Positions 1 through 12,236 of a DNA stretch of 64,000 nucleotides are shown piece by piece. The position numbers and the translations under genes are program-made. Position 1 is the first letter of the stretch, and the number at the start of each line of letters is the position of its first letter. The notes under the pieces were generated by a model that worked only from the letters and a program-made list of their open reading frames with translations, was not told where the DNA came from and made no database searches. This DNA is from Pecten maximus (lineage: Eukaryota): positions 26,970,001 to 27,034,000 of the forward strand of contig NC_047021.1 in NCBI RefSeq assembly GCF_902652985.1, written 5' to 3'.

Positions 1-264
1 ATCATTTATACATAACATGTTCATTTTTATTTGTGATATTTTTTGTTTTTGTTTGTAAACAAATATAATGGTTTTTCATTCTAATTTCGATTAATCGTGC
101 TTTATCTCCCTTTGTAATGCCTTGTTATGTGGTTATCTCCCTTTATATAACCCACATGTGCTTAATTATTAAGTAATGAACCATAAAAATCAATACATCT
201 TGAGATTTTTCTTGTGAGCACTGAATATTTCTGCCTTGTTGGAATGATCCAGAGATGTTGGATT

Positions 265-1342
265 GTAGCTACATATGTAGATTGACCACCACATCAATAA
301 TATAGTAAACACAATATGGTCATGTTTACTGATGTGTAGCTACATATGTAGATTGACCACCCCATTAATAGTATAGTAAAAACAATATTGTCATGTTTAC
401 TGGTGTGTAGCTACATATGCAGATTGACCACCACATCAATAATATAGTAAACACAATATGGTCATGTTTACTGGTGTGTAGCTACATATGTAGATTGACC
501 ACCACATCAATAGTATAGTAAAAACAATATGGTCATGTTTACTGGTGTGTAGCTACATATGTAGATTGACCACCCCATCAATAGTATACGTAAAAACAAT
601 ATGGTCATGTTTACTGGTGTGTAGCTACATATGTAGATTGACCAACACAATAGTATAGTAAAAACAATATGGTCATGTTTACTGGTGTGTAGCTACATAC
701 TTGTATGTAGATTGACCACCCCATCAATAGTATAGTAAACACAATATGGTCATGTTTACTGGTGTGTAGCTACATACTTGTATGTAGATTGACCACCCCA
801 TCAATAGTATAGTAAACACAATATGGTCATGTTTACTGGTGTGTAGCTACATATGTAGATTGACCACCCCATCAATAGTATAGTAAAAACAATATGGTCA
901 TGTTTACTGGTGTGTAGCTACATATGTAGATTGACCACCACATCAATAGTATAGTAAAAACAATATGGTCATGTTTACTGGTGTGTAGCTACATATGTAG
1001 ATTGACCACCACATCAATAGTATAGTAAAAACAATATGGTCATGTTTACCGGTGTGTAGCTACATATGTAGATTGACCACCCCATCAATAGTATAGTAAA
1101 AACAATATGGTCATGTTTACTGGTGTGTAGCTACATATGTAGATTGACCACCACATCAATAGTATAGTAAACACAATATGGTCATGTTTACTGGTGTGTA
1201 GCTACATATGTAGATTGACCACCACATCAATAGTATAGTAAACACAATATGGTCATGTTTACTGGTGTGTAGCTACATATGTAGATTGACCACCACATTA
1301 ATAGTATAGTAAAAACAATATGGTCATGTTTACTGGTGTGTA
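265..1342. repeat. Tandem minisatellite, 71-bp unit, about 15 copies
   Basis: Unit GTGTAGCTACATATGTAGATTGACCACCACATCAATAGTATAGTAAAAACAATATGGTCATGTTTACTGGT recurs at 71-bp spacing (e.g. 911 to 982); contains the 12-bp palindrome CTACATATGTAG. Confidence 0.97.
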
Positions 1343-1980
1343 AACTGTATTTGTACATTATTGTATTGTATTTGAATTGTCGCGCTGAGGCGTGTCACTT
1401 TGAAACACCTGTAAAAAAATCTGTTTGCACACGAGTATACAACAGATAAAGGAAAAGTAGTTCTCAGTTAACATTTTGACATGTTTTCTATTTACATTAC
1501 TTTAAAATGAAACTTCATTTATTTGACGTCATACGCACTAACGGAACAACCTGACAATTGATAGAATGGCAAAACGGCTGATTCAAAGAGGGAAAAGGCT
1601 CCCAACTACAGGAAGAAAAAGGATTATACTTGCACAATAATGACATCTTTTTATTCCATATCTTTGAGTAATTTGAAAAAATGTACAGCTTCAATTCACA
1701 TGTTGTTTTGAATTTGAATCATAATTTACAAAAAAAAATGAATTCACAAATTGTGAAAATTAGAAAAAAAATTGTGTGTATACTGAATTGCCTGTCTGCC
1801 ATAACCTCAGTGTCAACAATGTATTCCTATGTTTTGTCTTAAATTAACCGAAGTGTAAATGTCAATTTCGTTGGTAGGGACAAATAGAGAATACACACCG
1901 GAGCTATAAATATATATAGTTCTCTGTATACATTTCATGACTTATATTAAAATTTGTATGAACTTACACGATATATATAC

Positions 1981-2071
1981 ACTATATACAGGTGAGTATA
2001 TCAGATATACTATATACAGGTGAGTATATTAGGTATACTATATACAGGTGACTATATCAGGTATACTATAT
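1981..2071. repeat. Short tandem repeat, 28-bp unit, about 3.3 copies
   Basis: ACTATATACAGGTGAGTATATCAGATAT-like units start at 1981, 2009 and 2037. Confidence 0.85.
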
Positions 2072-2724
2072 TTATGGTAATAAATCACCAGGTTTATCCT
2101 GAAATAAACCAACCTTACTTCTGTTTAAAAGTTCATTTGTTAGCCACCTGAGCTTATAATAGGAAAAAAATGGTATGTGTTATTAATAAGACAGTGCCTT
2201 TATATATAAAATATATACATGTAGATGTGAAAATATGTAAATGGCATGTTTATATTTATATACCTGTTTTTTTAGAATACCATTTACATTATAAAAATGT
2301 TTATGCAAAACTCTTCACTTTGCTTGAAGATTCTACTTGGATCTTTAAATGGTGAACCATGTATAAACCATGGGAACGAGTTTTGTACATTAGTATTGGT
2401 CAAATAGCTGAACCAAGGACAATTTGAAATCTGTAATATTGATGCCCTATCGTATTGTATTGTATCATGTAAGTTATAAGTATAGAAATATGACAGAAGT
2501 ATATAATTCAGTGCATATTTAAAGTTTTATATCAAGTCTTTGAAGTATATTTTTTATTCACAGACTTTTTGGATAAAAAAAAAAAAAAAAAAAAAGTTCA
2601 TTAAAATTTAATGAGTGACAGTCAAAAGTAAAAATTATACATATTAAATTTACTGTAGTTTTCATTTTCATTGAAGTGCAGCAATTGACCAAACATTACT
2701 TCAGTAAATAAAGGGAATTAATCT

Positions 2725-2842
2725 GCAAATAAGCCTCTGTTCACAAAAAGCCACTGTCCACAAACAAGCCCTAATCCATAAATAAGCCCATGTCCACAAA
2801 TAAGCCTGTCCACACAAATAAGCCCCTGTCCTTATAAGCCCC
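2725..2842. repeat. Degenerate ~20-bp tandem repeat
   Basis: Repeated (TGTCC)ACAAATAAGCC(C) core, about 6 times. Confidence 0.7.
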
Positions 2843-3510
2843 TTCATTTTTGTATAATTTTCATTTTCAAAATAGTAAGCTAAAAAATGGTTCATGAAAT
2901 AACAGCCCCCAAAGCTTCAATATTAAATTTCACACTTTGGATATCAATCACAAACTGAAAGAAATTAAATCAAAGATATAAGCATTATAACTTGTACAAC
3001 TTACAAAACTTTCTCTGTACCTCAGTTATATTCCTTTGTTGAATAGTAGTTGTTTGAAGCATTATATATGATATTGTTTTTAAACATGGTGTTAATTTTT
3101 AGCTTCATCCAGTAGTATATTTATATGTGGTATATGTGTTTGGAGAGTTAATGTTTGATATAATGTCTGTATGGGGATTGCCTAATTTGTTAATGTTTAA
3201 TGCAGACTGATAAATGAGTAATATACATACTATATACCACTGTAACACTGATTGTGAAGTGTGATATATAGAAGCCTTTCATTCTATCCCATGTCCTTTT
3301 CTGTGTCTTTCTGTACTGGAAGCTGTGACTTTGAGCCCTTGTAGGTAAACAAGTTAAAACATCAAGGAACTACCTATCAGCCTTTGTATCAATAAAGCTA
3401 CAGTCTATATCATATACTGTAGTCTGTAGTATTGGCCAATGATAACACATATCATTGATTTCAGTATACAATGTAACTGGTTTTGTAAAACACTGATTTC
3501 AGCATGACTG

Positions 3511-3766
3511 TTTTTAGCTCACCAGTTACGAGTAACCATGAGCTAATGCTGTACCCCGGCGTCCGCGTCGGCGTCGGCATCCCACCCCACCCCACTTTAA
3601 AGTTTTTTGGGTAAGTTTTGGAAAGATTGGGGTTTTTGGAAAGCTTGTAAGTCCAAAAGTATACACCTCACACCCTTCTAATTTAGTTTATACATACGTA
3701 AAAAATGAATGCATAGTGTGATTGCTGCCGCCGGTGAGCTTTCGCAATCATTGATTGCACTTGTTT
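3511..3766 (+). mobile_element. Non-autonomous Helentron-associated element (HINE / pearl-like)
   Basis: 5' TTTTTAGCTCACC; nearby inverted GAGCT; (GGCGTC)-type microsatellite; 3' subterminal inverted repeat GGTGAGCT (3733-3740) followed by hairpin GCAATCATTGATTGC and CTTGTTT; inserted in a T run with no TSD. Matches the described bivalve HINE layout. Confidence 0.8.
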
Positions 3767-4209
3767 GAAAAGCACTGATTTCAGCATGACTGTTTTTTGT
3801 AAAACACTAATTTTAGAACTTATTTATAAAAGCCTAATACATTATTGTATTTAATATCATACAGGGTCGTACAAATTATTTTGGACATGGATGTAAAATT
3901 TCAGAACATATGTTACAAGCATACTTCCTGTTTATTTTTGTCAGTCGGCATATTTATATAATATGCTCATTAATGATGAAACATGATATGTGTGTTCAAA
4001 ACTCTGTCAAGGTAGTTATAACTTATAAGTGTGGCTATAGTGTTCTGTCGGACAGGCGTGTTCATGTCACTCATGGTGCTTTTTCTGTTCTCCATGGCAA
4101 CCAGTGCCTGTGTAATGTGTTATTGTGGTAGGTATATGATTCGGTCATCTGGATCATGTAGCTGTGTAGGTATCCAGTAGGATTGTCAGTAATGATCTCA
4201 TAAGTTAAG

Positions 4210-4447
4210 CTGACAGCTGTATAAATCTACCATGTGGTAGATCCTGACAGCTGTATAAATCTACCATGTGGTAGATCCTGACAGCTGTATAAATCTACCA
4301 TGTGGTAGATCCTGACAGCTGTATAAATCTACCATGTGGTAGATCCTGACAGCTGTATAAATCTACCATGTGGTAGATCCTGACAGCTGTATAAATCTAC
4401 CATGTGGTAGATCCTGACAGCTGTATAAATCTACCATGTGGTAGATC
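4210..4447. repeat. Tandem minisatellite, 34-bp unit, 7 identical copies
   Basis: CTGACAGCTGTATAAATCTACCATGTGGTAGATC repeated; internal palindrome ACAGCTGT and inverted repeat ATCTACCA-TG-TGGTAGAT. Confidence 0.97.
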
Positions 4448-5139
4448 CCTTCACCATCAGGCTATCATTTTCTATTATTGACATGGCTGGCTGGAGTGAA
4501 AAATCAAAAACAATGACCCCTGATAATTAAATGTGTGGACTTTATAATGGTTAAAAGCCTAAAATTTAATTAAGAAATACATATAACCTAATTTGTATAT
4601 ATTTTATTGGGTTATCTCGAAATATGAAAATTTCATTGGAAAATGAAAAATAAAAACCCACACATTCCATCATCTTTGAAAAGCATCAAAATGTCTTTAA
4701 TGACAATACATCTCTGTAGCTTTAAAGTATATTAAGTTTGTTTTTTTTACAATTATCCACATATCTTTAAAGAATATTACAAATATTGATTTTATGTTTT
4801 GTAATGAATGTGAAAAGGGTGATATATTTATGTAAAATCCCCTGGAAGTAGTATGTTTATAACAGAATTAGAAAACAAAAAATATGATATTCATTCCATA
4901 CAAATCAGTGCTTATTAAGATATTTCCAACTATTTATATAAGTTATACACACATATGGATATATATGAATGTATAGATGTTATACAGTGTTTGTTAGAAG
5001 TTTGACTGTCGTTTTCAGACGGATGTTGTATTTATTACTTACATTTAATCATCAAATCATTCCATATCAACAGTGCTAGAAATGTTATAATGAAGCTGTA
5101 CAACGGAGGATATATCCTCTGTCATTAACTTAAACAAAG

Positions 5140-5398
5140 GCTTAGAACAAGTAGGCTTCTTGTTTACATCTCTCTATTTTTTGCTTAGAACAAGTAGGCT
5201 TCTTGTTTACATTTCTCTATTTTTTGCTTAGAACATGTAGGCTTCTTGTTTACATTTCTCTATTTTTTGCTTAGAACATGTAGGCTTCTTGTTTACATCT
5301 CTCTATTTTTCGCTTAGAACAAGTAGGCTTCTTGTTTACATTTCTCTATTTTTTGCTTAGAACAAGTAGGTTTCTTGTTTACATTTCTCTATTTTTTG
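5140..5398. repeat. Tandem minisatellite, 43-bp unit, 6 copies
   Basis: GCTTAGAACAAGTAGGCTTCTTGTTTACATTTCTCTATTTTTT-like units at 5140, 5183, 5226, 5269, 5312, 5355. Confidence 0.95.
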
Positions 5399-6339
5399 AA
5401 AGAGTTATTGCCCTTTTGTGATAGTATTTAAAACCTTGTCTGTAGATTCCATCTCTCATGTTTTTGACCAATCTCTTTACAATCTAGTAAGCTTTAAAAT
5501 CGTGATATGTAGCTATGATTCTGTAAGCAGTAGTCAACAGGTTAACATTATAGTAGATTCTAAGTGGGAACCACCAATGTTAACATCAATATTGAGAGAT
5601 TCCCTGAAGGAATCACCAAAGTAGATGTATGGCACTTGGTCAAGCTTTAGGTACAATGTCATAATTGTCTTCATGAGATTCCACAAGCAATATATGCAAT
5701 CTGATAAAAATAATTTCCTGTTGATCTGATTCATTACAGATTTTATTTAGATGGAAGGAATCTTGAGCTCTGACTACCAAAGTCTTAACTATAATACCAT
5801 ATAAACAACACACATATCTTTTGTTTTAATGGTCTTTGTTTGAACAAGTTCATTGTTTAACTGAACATTGAAATAATACAACTCCTACCTTGAAATTTTG
5901 AGGAAATGGGATTGACAAAGTTCTTTGTGATTTTTCAAATAATCATGAGTAAACACAAATTTATATTTTGGTAACCTAATACGATTCAGATAAGTTTTGT
6001 TTTTAATTATTCAGTTGCCTAGGTGATTCTATCAGTAATGCTTTGGAAAAGGAGCCGTGTTATAAATATGTATTTTATAATGTTATTATATATTCTACAT
6101 AGCAATAAATAAATGCTGTTAATACATATGCTGGTATCTTATTTTGTGTATTTCTCCCTGTAAAATTGGTCATATCACGATTGAGGAAACAGTTGGAAAA
6201 GAACACGAGTTAAACCATTAGCACATAGACATAGCCATCAGGGTTGCACTCCTGCACTTGCAAAAATTGAAAAAGGACAAATATATATCCCATGACGTAA
6301 TCCGTAATTACAATGAACCTATTTATTTCAAATTTAGTT

Positions 6340-6446
6340 GGAACACGAAAACACTTCGATATATCCCAAGTATATTTTGTATCGATACCTCGAGTTTAGC
6401 AGAGTCTTCGAGTTATGAGAGTTCGAGACAACGAAGTTTGTATAGT
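6340..6446. mobile_element. Degenerate Tc1/mariner-pogo-type MITE terminus
   Basis: Repeated TTCGAG subterminal motifs (TTCGAGTTATGAGAGTTCGAGACAACGAAGTTTG) resembling invertebrate TcMar MITE ends; partner end not found. Confidence 0.4.
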
Positions 6447-8219
6447 TTTAGTCATTGTAAGCATACACGGATACAGATAAGTCGTTCAGTTATAGTACCT
6501 GCCAAAGGTTGTCGGTAAAACGGAAGTGGCAAGTCTTGAAGAACCAGAAAGGTACACAAGTTTACCTTGCGGTAATGTGCTACGTCTGTCTTCAACACTT
6601 TGACAAACAAATGTCGGACACGAGCCACTACCAGACTAGGCTTAGCTAGCGCGTTCAGTTATGGTACCTGTCAAAGGTTAACTTGTCGGTAGCAAGGAAG
6701 GTACACAAGTTTTCCTACACCAACCATGTTAGAGGATAACCAGTGTCACCATGTTCGAAATAGGTTACTTGAAGCGGCGAAATGGTGTAGCAAAGTGTTT
6801 TGTGTCAAAGAATTATCAATTTGGTGTGAATCAGTGATTGGACTGTTTAAATGGGACATATAATGACTAAACTGTAAGTACACACCGTTGTCACCAAGTT
6901 TAGACTTATAAATGACGATATTATAGTCCCTTTCTTTCCGCCTTTAAATAGGGGCGGAACTTGCGCAGTGTCAAATAGTTATGAAAAAGGGTTCGGTTGC
7001 TAATGGTCGGTTGGCGTCAGAACCAAAAAATAGCCAGAGACCTTTAGCTAGCTGTTCAAAGTGAAGTTTACCTTGCGGTGGTGGATGGCAATTGCCAGCT
7101 TCGTCTGTCTTCAACACTTTGACGGACAAAGGTCCGGACACGAAGCCAGAGTTCCGTTTCCCCCACCACCAGACTCTAGCGAGAATTACCCCAACATGCA
7201 ATAATAAGAAATCGCCATGGCGATGGAAAATACAGTAGCTGCATGGTGTCAATTATGTTGTTCTCTCGCGTGGTTTTTGTTTTTTGTTTTTGTTTGTTTA
7301 GAAAAAAATACTTGATCGTCGGCTACTATTGTCTCAAAAATGTTTCGCCTCGCTCTGCTGAACCATAGCTTTTCATAACATACATTTCATACATTACCAG
7401 TCTCAATTTCCACCGTCTATGAGAACCATTGGTTACTTTGTACAGATTCATTTGCGCGTATTTTATCTTTGTAATTCAATTCCTTCATAGGCCAATAACC
7501 CCAAAACAAACGTGTACGTAGTTTTATCGTATTGAAACAAAGGTAAATATTGATGTACACAATGTTTCCGGAAATCAAAAGAGCCAACATTTTAGAATAA
7601 ATTCTCAAATATTCACATGGTTGTGCTAGCATAAAACTGCGAGTTATCTTTCTTAGAACGCTAATTACACTGTACCGCTCTGTGAGAACGGAAAGGTTGG
7701 GTTTCCAGCAAAGCTTATTTCCCATAAGGGAATCGACCTAACGAATGCTTACCATAAGAGACCACTCGCCGATACATTGCTTAATTTGTGCCATCAAAGT
7801 TGTTGCTCTTGGCTATACATTTAACCAAAATAAATCGAGGATGAACCTGGCTCTTCTTACGTACTAAGAACGCGGGTCGTCACAAAACAGATGGAAAATA
7901 ATTATTTATTTCAACGAAATAGGAAAGTTTGTGCCATCAACTAAAAACCAAAATACTAAAACAGTTAGTATACCGCTGAAAACAATATTTTTCAAGCATT
8001 ATGTGAAAAAAACGTGATTGTTTTTGGTAACAAATGCCATTTTGAATGTCTTCCATATAATATTCCATAATTAAAAATCATTTAGAGCATAGAAAGCTTT
8101 ATCACTTACCCTAACTCTGCCCAGAGATAAAAACATTACCATCTGTTTAAAGTGTCAATGTTTGGCTTTGGTGTGACATAACAGACCACCCTGTGACATG
8201 TGACTTTCCTAATATATAA

Positions 8220-8309
8220 TCCACAACACGTATACAAACAATGCCGTCATGTGATGGCCACGTCCTTAAATGACATCACTGTAATTATATATATAATTAG
8301 GACATTAAA
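8220..8309 (+). mobile_element. Old SINE 3' remnant
   Basis: CACGTCCTTAAATGACA...TAGGACATTAAA matches the 3' tail of the SINE at 42736-42956 (CACGTCCTTAAATGACACTGGCTGTTAATAGGACGTTAAA). Confidence 0.6.
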
Positions 8310-8439
8310 TACGATATATCAAATGACCGATAGTTACTAAACAAGTCTTGCAACAATGTGCCTTATACATCCCAATTTCATTGTTCTGTTGACATTTCTT
8401 TTTTGTAGTAAATAGCTTATATGTCCATGATTTGAAATA

Positions 8440-9420
8440 TTATATTAAAGTGCTTCTATCCTATTTATAAAATGGCGCCTGACGGAGGCTTTAGATACAT
8501 GATACAGTACCGTTCTCACAATAAAAGCTAGGTGTGTAAGTGCAGGTTGTAAAGTTGTCTTTAGGAGAGACACTAAAACCAAGAAATCTGCAAGACACCT
8601 AAGACTTCCCAGCACAATTGGTTGCTTGACGTTTTGAAAGCAGATGACAATAACTTTACTGAGGATCAAGAGATTGGCATGTGTGCGAAATTTTTCAAGA
8701 ATTATCAGAAACGAAAACTGCAACCTGAGATCGTGTTTATGATTGTACGTGGCGAACACCCCATTATAATCCATAGATGATCTATGTTATGACCAGTTTT
8801 CCCACGCCAAATGCACTCTATTTTTGAAGAGTTTCAATCAAAACTTGGCCATTTTGCTCAAATGCGCAAAACACCAACTCATCTTTCAATCCAAATTGTG
8901 GTGTCCTTGGTCCTCACATATTTGTTCATGTCACGTCACAGGGAAAGATCTTAAACCTAACGGTGAAATTCGCACTGATAAAAGAGAAATGTTGACTTCC
9001 CAACTACCCTCCAGATCACAGTAAATCATCAATAATATTTTGGAGATATCACATATGCTATCAAAGTAAGAGTATTCCTTTACTTTGCGTTTCTCCTCTC
9101 TAGATGATGCCGATTGTAAAGCCTGGACAGGCGAGGCTGTACTTCATATTTTGGAAAGCTGGCGGAAATAGTTGACAATGTCGTTGTTGATCGAGGGCTT
9201 ACGGATGTTTTGTTTTTGATTTCGAATCACGTGGTTTGATTACAAAGAGGCCGTCTTATCTAAAGCCTGGGTAGACTCATCATGATGACCTAAAAGCTTA
9301 CCTTTATAAATCTGTAACTCAATTCAGATGGGAAGTGGCTGTTTTTCAAAACGCAACTTGCCTCCAACTATTTCATTTATGTCATCGACGTACTCGTTAG
9401 AATAGTAAGAGCCTGTCTCA
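8440..9420 (-). mobile_element. Highly decayed DIRS/Ngaro-like reverse transcriptase remnant
   Basis: Collinear minus-strand fragments VRISPLGLR (~8950-8976; cf. LRISPLGLVPK), GCS..LEKFRT (cf. LPMGCS..FEKFST) and CLADFLV (cf. YLDDFLF), broken by frameshifts. Confidence 0.4.
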
Positions 9421-11126
9421 ATGGAATCCGAGGACCCATGTACGTATGTTAGAACACTAGAGCGAGATGCAAAGGATATGGCGCTTGGTGACAAAATGAA
9501 AGCGCGCCTTATTGTTCACAACATCTTAGCTCAGCGTGTGAAAGATGAGCCAGATCTTACCAGAAGGGCCAAGTCACTATTTGTCAATTTAGATGCGACT
9601 ACGGATACATTTTGACTTTCCAAAGTTAGACATGGAATACCTTCGGACGATATCCTGTGGCACATACCAAATACTGTAGTATCACTGGCAGGTGGCTACA
9701 TCAGTGAGCACTTCAGTCATGATGGTGACTACGAGATCTGAATCTATTGGCACTCACGGGATATAATACAACGATGCTAGATCCACTGAAGGCGTTAGAA
9801 TAGTGTAAAGTACAATGTTTGGATCCAGCATGACAGCTCTGACACCATTCATCATGCATAAATAATTATTAATGCCACTACTGGACAGAGAGCCAGGGGG
9901 TTTGATCCCATGTAGCCAGTATCATATACTATTTAGGATAATACATGTATTTGGAAACCAGTAAGCCTTTGCATCCAAACGTCAAAATGTTTAAGACAAA
10001 CCATAAGTAATGTAGATATCGCTACCAACCATCATCTTCCATGTATTAGGTATGATCGACTCGATAAGAACTACGATGTAGTCTAATACTGACATGGCCA
10101 ATCAGATTCTAGGGCGAGGAAGCCATATTTGATTCCAGATTAGGTGGTTTAATGTGGAAACCAACAAATCTATCATGTGGTGTTCTTGTCAAAAATCAGC
10201 ATTTTTGAAACATTTAATATTTCTGGTTATCAGGGAACATGGCGGCCATTTTGAAAGTGAAAACTTCACTTTATTGGGTTGTTAGACCAAGTATAAACAC
10301 ATTATTTCGATTCACTTTACAATATTTCATACGCCTGTTTTTCTTTTAAAAAATACATAATAATATTGTCAATCAATTTTAATTATTTCGCACAGAACTC
10401 CTAATTACTGTTTTTGGGCAATTTATTTTATACCTTTTGAAATTGTTTTTTAGTCTAAAATTACGAATGGACTGCAATAGAAAGTTGTATTTTTGACCTT
10501 CAGAACATTTCGCTTAATGTAAAAAGAGCACGTTCCTGCTCAAAATACATAACATTTTTATCTCCTTTTCCTAAAGGATTAAAAAATGTAGCTTATTGCT
10601 TTGCATGTATGATATCTATATATGTTTGGACTTAAATGCCTGTTTGTAGACATAGGACTAGAGAGGCTACTAACAGAACATTCATGCCATCATATTTGCT
10701 TCTAAGTGTATTTTCAAAACCGACCTTTCTGGAAAGATATGAAAATATGGCTGTATCAAAACTAACAAGACAATAAGTAATCAACAAATGGTTCGTTTTT
10801 AATGAGATTCAATTCGTTTTCTGATACATGATAAGATATGGCAAGCTAACATAAAATCAAGATTTTCAAAATATTCTGTGTCGAAATCAACAATCTCATT
10901 GATATAGTTGTCTAGAGAAGCCAAAAGCTATATCACCACAGAGGAGTAATTATACACAATTTATATGGATTACAACATATCTGAAACTAAATTACTCTAG
11001 GTAAGATTATCAAATTACGCTCATCTGAACTGAGTAATGAAACATTATTGAGTGCACAGGGGTTTTACACCCACGCACTCATCCAATACATCATGTATGT
11101 AACATAGTTATATGTTAAATAATGAC

Positions 11127-11348
11127 CACAGGGGTTTGACACAGAATGAAAATGATAAGCCCTAGTGTCCTATTCTTAGATCACTTATTATTGAAGTAAT
11201 AAGTGATCTAGAGATCGGACCATAGTGCTTTTTTTTTCCATTATGGGTCACATGAACGTGTCTTATTATTGAAGCAATAGTTATCTAGGGATCGGACCAT
11301 AGGGTTATATTTTCATTATGGGTCATAGGAACGTGTCAAGTCCCTGTG
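11127..11348. mobile_element. Palindromic (foldback) non-autonomous element with partly duplicated right arm
   Basis: Ends CACAGGGGTTTGACAC / GTGTCAAGTCCCTGTG; perfect 14-bp inverted repeat TAGATCACTTATTA-ttgaag-TAATAAGTGATCTA (11177-11210); ~78-bp right-arm segment tandemly duplicated. Confidence 0.65.
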
Positions 11349-11604
11349 ATATGGATCGTGGGTTGAAACAATTTGTGAGAGTGTATACATAATTTTGTTT
11401 ACTGTTGGATGTGTGTAGAGGAAGAAAAACTGTTTGCTATATAACGAAATAATCGGATTTAAAGCAGAAAAATCGGCAAGCAAAGCAAAACGTTAAAGTA
11501 AATATGCCCTTTCTGCATAATCGCGCATGTACTTCTTCGGTGCATGGGCAATTTATATGCTTTAACAGTTCCAGACAGATTAGGTACGGATTTAGACCGA
11601 TCTC

Positions 11605-11690
11605 ATGGGACCAGCTTAAGTGTAGATTGGCAGAAAATCCGTCTGGGAGTCCGGATGTCCCAGGTTCAAACTTAAGTTTGACCTCTCAGT
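11605..11690 (+). mobile_element. Possible degenerate tRNA-derived SINE head
   Basis: Weak A-box-like TGTAGATTGGCAGA and B-box-like GGTTCAAAC in GTCCGGATGTCCCAGGTTCAAAC; no cloverleaf. Confidence 0.3.
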
Positions 11691-11784
11691 TTTTTTTAAA
11701 ATGCTGATTAGTTTGTATGGCGTGTGTATTGGTGTTAGCTGGAAACGGGTATTCTATCTAAGGGAGTGCACGCATGTAAACAAC

Positions 11785-12236
11785 CGATAGTCCTAGAATA
11801 CGCTTTTCTTTTACCCTGGACAGGGATATCCGCAGTTTTACCGGGGTGAGATTTTCTTACCTCACCCTAGGGAAAAGACAAGCCACACGTGCTCTTTGAA
11901 GATGCTCTTGTTCTCGATAGGGTGACGTCACTATGACCTGACCCGGAACTAATTTTACGGGGTCACACACATACATATGAACTGTCATTTACCGTCCACG
12001 TGTTGTTGTTAACATACGTTTGAATTTGGTTCACACAACTATTGGAAAACAGGATAAGAGAATAATAATCATTCACCCCTTTTTGGGATGAGATAGGGAT
12101 ATCTCAACCCTCGGAGCAGATTGTTAAGTTAAAAAATATCTCTCCCCCTCCCCCCCCCCCCCCCCCCTCCTCACCCCCACCTCAGGTTGAGATCCCCCTA
12201 TCTCACCCAAAAGGGATAAACGATTCTATTAATCTC
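11785..12236. mobile_element. Palindrome-ended non-autonomous DNA element (Crypton-like architecture)
   Basis: ~57-bp inverted arms at 12058-12114 and 12180-12236 around a poly-C stretch; a second related degenerate palindrome at ~11785-11880; family assignment is by resemblance only. Confidence 0.55.
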
